From the NCBI GenBank assembly GCA_000092065.1, contig CP000581.1: a DNA stretch of 64,000 bases. The stretch is one strand, 5' to 3'. Source of the stretch: Ostreococcus lucimarinus (lineage: Eukaryota). Below are positions 61,117 through 64,000 of the stretch, in pieces. The stretch's first letter is position 1, and each line of letters starts with the position of its first letter. The notes beneath the pieces were generated by a model. It was not told where the DNA came from. It did no database searches and was given only the letters and a program-made list of their open reading frames with translations. The position numbers and the translations under genes were made by a program.

Positions 61117-64000
61117 ATGGCGGCGCCCGCGGTGCCGGTCACGGTGAAAGAAGCGATACAGGTGCGTCCGCGACCCGCGGTCGCGCGGCGCGAAAGCGAC
61201 GCTCGAAGCGCGAAAAGACGACGGAACGCGACGGCAATGCCGAGGCGATCGCATCTCGTTGGGTCAATCGATGTCGAACGAAAACGCGCGGTGGACGCGT
61301 CGTCGCGCGAAAGGGCGCGGGATGGTGCGGACGGTGATGACTGACGAGATCCGCGCGGCTTTGAACGGTGCGCAGTTGAAAACGTGCGGAGTGAACCCGC
61401 AATGTATTTCGTTCACGAATCTCACCATGGAGAGCGAGAAGTACGTGTGCGCTCGGGAGAGCGGGACGACGAATAATGTGGTGATCGTCGAGGTGAATAA
61501 CCCGCTGCAGCCGATGAAGAAACCGATCACGGCGGATAGCGCGCTTATGAACCCGACGCAGAACGTGATTGCGCTCAAGGCGAGAGTGGAGAACGAGAAT
61601 GGCGTGGAGGATTCGTTGCAGATTTTCAACATTGATCAAAAGGCGAAAATCAAGGGGCACGACATGGAGCCGGTGGTGTTTTGGAAGTGGATCACGCCGA
61701 AAATGTTGGGGATCGTGACCAACACCGCGGTGTTTCACTGGTCGATCGATGACGCGAACGCGCCGGTGAAGGTGTTTGACAGAACTGCAAACCTGAACGG
61801 GAATCAGATCATCAGCTATAAAGCATCAGAGGACATGCAGTGGTTCACGCTGATCGGTATCGCGCAAGGCGACGCGTCGAGACCGGCGTTAGTGAAGGGT
61901 AACATGCAGCTGTACTCGGTGGCGCAACAACGCTCGCAGCCGCTCGAGGCGCACATGGCGGCGTTCACGACGCACCAAGTGCCGGGCAACGCGCAAAAGA
62001 GTCAGTTGGTATGTTTCGCTCAAAAGATGGTTCAAGCCGATGGATCGGTGGTTTCCAAGCTTCATGTGATTGAGCTCGGCGCGCCGGCAGGGCAAACGCC
62101 GTTCACGAAGCGCACGAGCGAGTTGTTTTTCCCGCCCGAGTTTGCCGACGACTTCCCGGTCGTCATGCAAGTGAGCGACAAATACGGCGTCATTTACATC
62201 GTCACCAAGAGCGGTCTGCTGTTCGTGTACGACGTGGAAACTGCGTCGCCGATCTACCGAAGCCGCATTTCGCAAGATCCGGTCTTCGTCGGCGCGTCCG
62301 CGACGAGCGTTGGCGGTTTGTACGTTGTTAACAGAGGCGGCCAAGTCTTGTTGATCACCCTGAACGAAGCCGCCGTTGTGCCGTTCATCAGCAGCACGCT
62401 CAATAACTTGGAGCTTGCGCTTTCGGTCGCGTCGAGAGGGAATCTTCCCGGCGCCGATGCGCTCGTGATGCCCAAGTTTGATATGCTCTTCAACTCTGCG
62501 GACTACAAGGGGGCGGCCGAACTCGCGGCGAGCATGAGCTCGTTGCGCACAGATCAGACCATCGCCCGATTTCGCGGCGTCCCGACTCAACCGGGCCAAA
62601 GTTCTCCTTTGTTACAGTACTTTGGCGCGTGCTTGCAGCGCGGAAAGTTGAACAAGCTGGAATCAGTTGAACTCGCAAAGCTCGTGCTTGCGCAAAACAA
62701 GAAGCAGCTTCTCGACACATGGCTGAGCGAGGACAAGCTCGAGGCGAGCGAAGAACTCGGCGACATGCTGGCGCCGACTGACTCCGATACTGCGCTTAAG
62801 ATTTACGTCAAAGCACGCGCGAGTCCGAAGGTAACCGCAGCGTTCGCGCAGCGTGGCGAATTCGACAAGATGGCGCAATACTGCTCCGCCGTCGATTACA
62901 AGCCAGACTATATGTACATGTTGCAAGCTCTTATGATGAAAGATCCCGCGAGCGCGGTGCAGTTGGCACAAAAGATCAGTCAGATGACACCGCCACCGTG
63001 CGACATGGGGGCCATCGCCGATCTCTTCTTGCAGCGCAACATGATTCGTGAGGCGACATCGATCTTGCTCGATTTGCTCAAGGGCGACGACGAGAGCCAA
63101 GCGGCGCTGCAAACCAAGGTTCTTGAGATCAACTTGGTGACATACCCGAACGTCGCTGATGCGATCTTGGCGCAAGGAAAGCTCACGCACTACGACCGCC
63201 CGCGCATCGCGCAGCTCTGCGAGAAGGCTGGTCTTTACATTCGAGCCATGGAGCACTACACGGAGCTCGCCGACTTGAAGCGTTGTGTCGTCAACACACA
63301 CTCGATAGACCCGCAAGCGCTCACTGAATTCTTCGGTACACTGAGCCGCGAGTGGGCTTTGGACTGCCTTAAGGAACTTCTCACGTTCAACATGCGTCAA
63401 AACCTTCAGATGGCGGTGAACATTGCTAAGGAGTACACGGAACAACTCGAGATTCACTCTGTCGTGAAGATGTTTGACAAGTTTGAATCTGCCGAAGGCC
63501 TCTTCTACTACCTCGGGTACTTCGTGAACACGTGTGAAGACAAGGACCTTGTGTACAAATTTATCGAAGCTGCTTCAAAGACTGGACAGATCAAGGAAGT
63601 CGAGCGAGTGACGCGCGAGAGCGATCATTACGATGCCGAACGCGTCAAGGTGTTCCTCATGGAAGCCAAGCTCTCAGATGCTCGTCCGCTTATCAATGTG
63701 TGCGACCGTTATGAGTTCGTTCCGGATTTGACGACATACCTTTACAACAACAACATGTTGCGCTACATCGAAGGCTACGTGCAAAAAGTCAACCCGAAGC
63801 AGGCGCCGAAGGTCGTTGGTACACTGTTGGATCTCGAGTGCCCGGACGATTTCATCAAGACTCTCATCTTGTCCGTGCGATCTCTCTTGCCCGTGGCGCC
63901 GCTCGTGGAAGAAGTGGAGAAACGTAACCGCTTGAAGATCCTCACGCAATTCCTCGAGCACCTCGTGAACGAAGGGAGCGTGGATCCGCAAGTACACAAC
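61117..64000 (+). CDS. CHC: Clathrin heavy chain, 5' portion (continues past the right edge), at least 2 exons
   Basis: Exon 1 is 61117-61161 ([15 protein letters not shown]|gtgcgt). Intron 61162-61375 (actgac 28 nt before gcgcag). Exon 2 from 61376: [91 protein letters not shown].. matches plant and animal CHC along its whole length (plant N-terminus MAAANAPITMKEALTLTSIGINPQ). Confidence 0.9.

Overview
Very GC-rich, gene-dense eukaryotic nuclear DNA, with about one gene every 1.3–2 kb on alternating strands and few, short introns. There are no rRNA or tRNA genes, no CRISPR arrays and nothing prokaryotic or mobile. Gene content points to a plastid-bearing, flagellated green-lineage alga: a GapB-type plastid GAPDH with a CP12-like tail, Tha4/TatA, a lumenal-type FKBP, an OPR-repeat protein, SSIII-type starch synthase, plastid aspartate kinase, a CruP-like flavoprotein and a Dpy-30-tagged enolase. 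My inference is a prasinophyte of the Micromonas/Mamiellophyceae kind, but this is not proven. The ORF track starts ORFs at GTG/TTG as well as ATG, so I re-derived start codons by checking for a real ATG.

The introns I could resolve follow one consistent grammar: donor G|GTGCG[T/C], branch motif ACTGAC 17–34 nt before the acceptor AG. That grammar let me recover several exons the ORF track misses: a split start codon in LSM2, N-terminal exons of RPB2 and clathrin, a transit-peptide exon of GAPDH, the true C-terminus of Tha4, and a flagellar-type N-extension of enolase.

Genes, left to right: SEC14-like 5' exon (partial), plastid GAPDH, a PCBP-like triple-KH protein, two tandem copies of a type-II-membrane Nucleotid_trans glycosyltransferase, a hypothetical protein, UGGT (KDEL), a TatB-like protein without presequence, phosphomannomutase, enolase, a RING-H2 protein, a ubiquitin-specific protease, SSIII-type starch synthase, a RING protein, TIM17, GlnRS, aspartate kinase, a coiled-coil protein, an OTU protease, an AT-1-type acetyl-CoA transporter, two hypotheticals, LSM2, a TBC RabGAP, an FKBP, a second triple-KH protein, a CruP-like flavoprotein, RPB2, a hypothetical, TrmA-like tRNA m5U methyltransferase, DUS3, a hypothetical, a putative lumen-targeted small protein, a NUP42-like FG-nucleoporin, an MA3-MA3-kinase-cNMP-binding fusion, a two-RRM protein, Tha4, an OPR-repeat::Methyltransf_16 fusion, a GNAT acetyltransferase, and clathrin heavy chain (partial at the right edge).

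The most unusual items are the two domain fusions (MA3–kinase–cNMP; OPR–lysine-methyltransferase-like), the presequence-less TatB-like gene, the recently duplicated glycosyltransferase beside UGGT and PMM, and the intron grammar with its hidden micro-exons.
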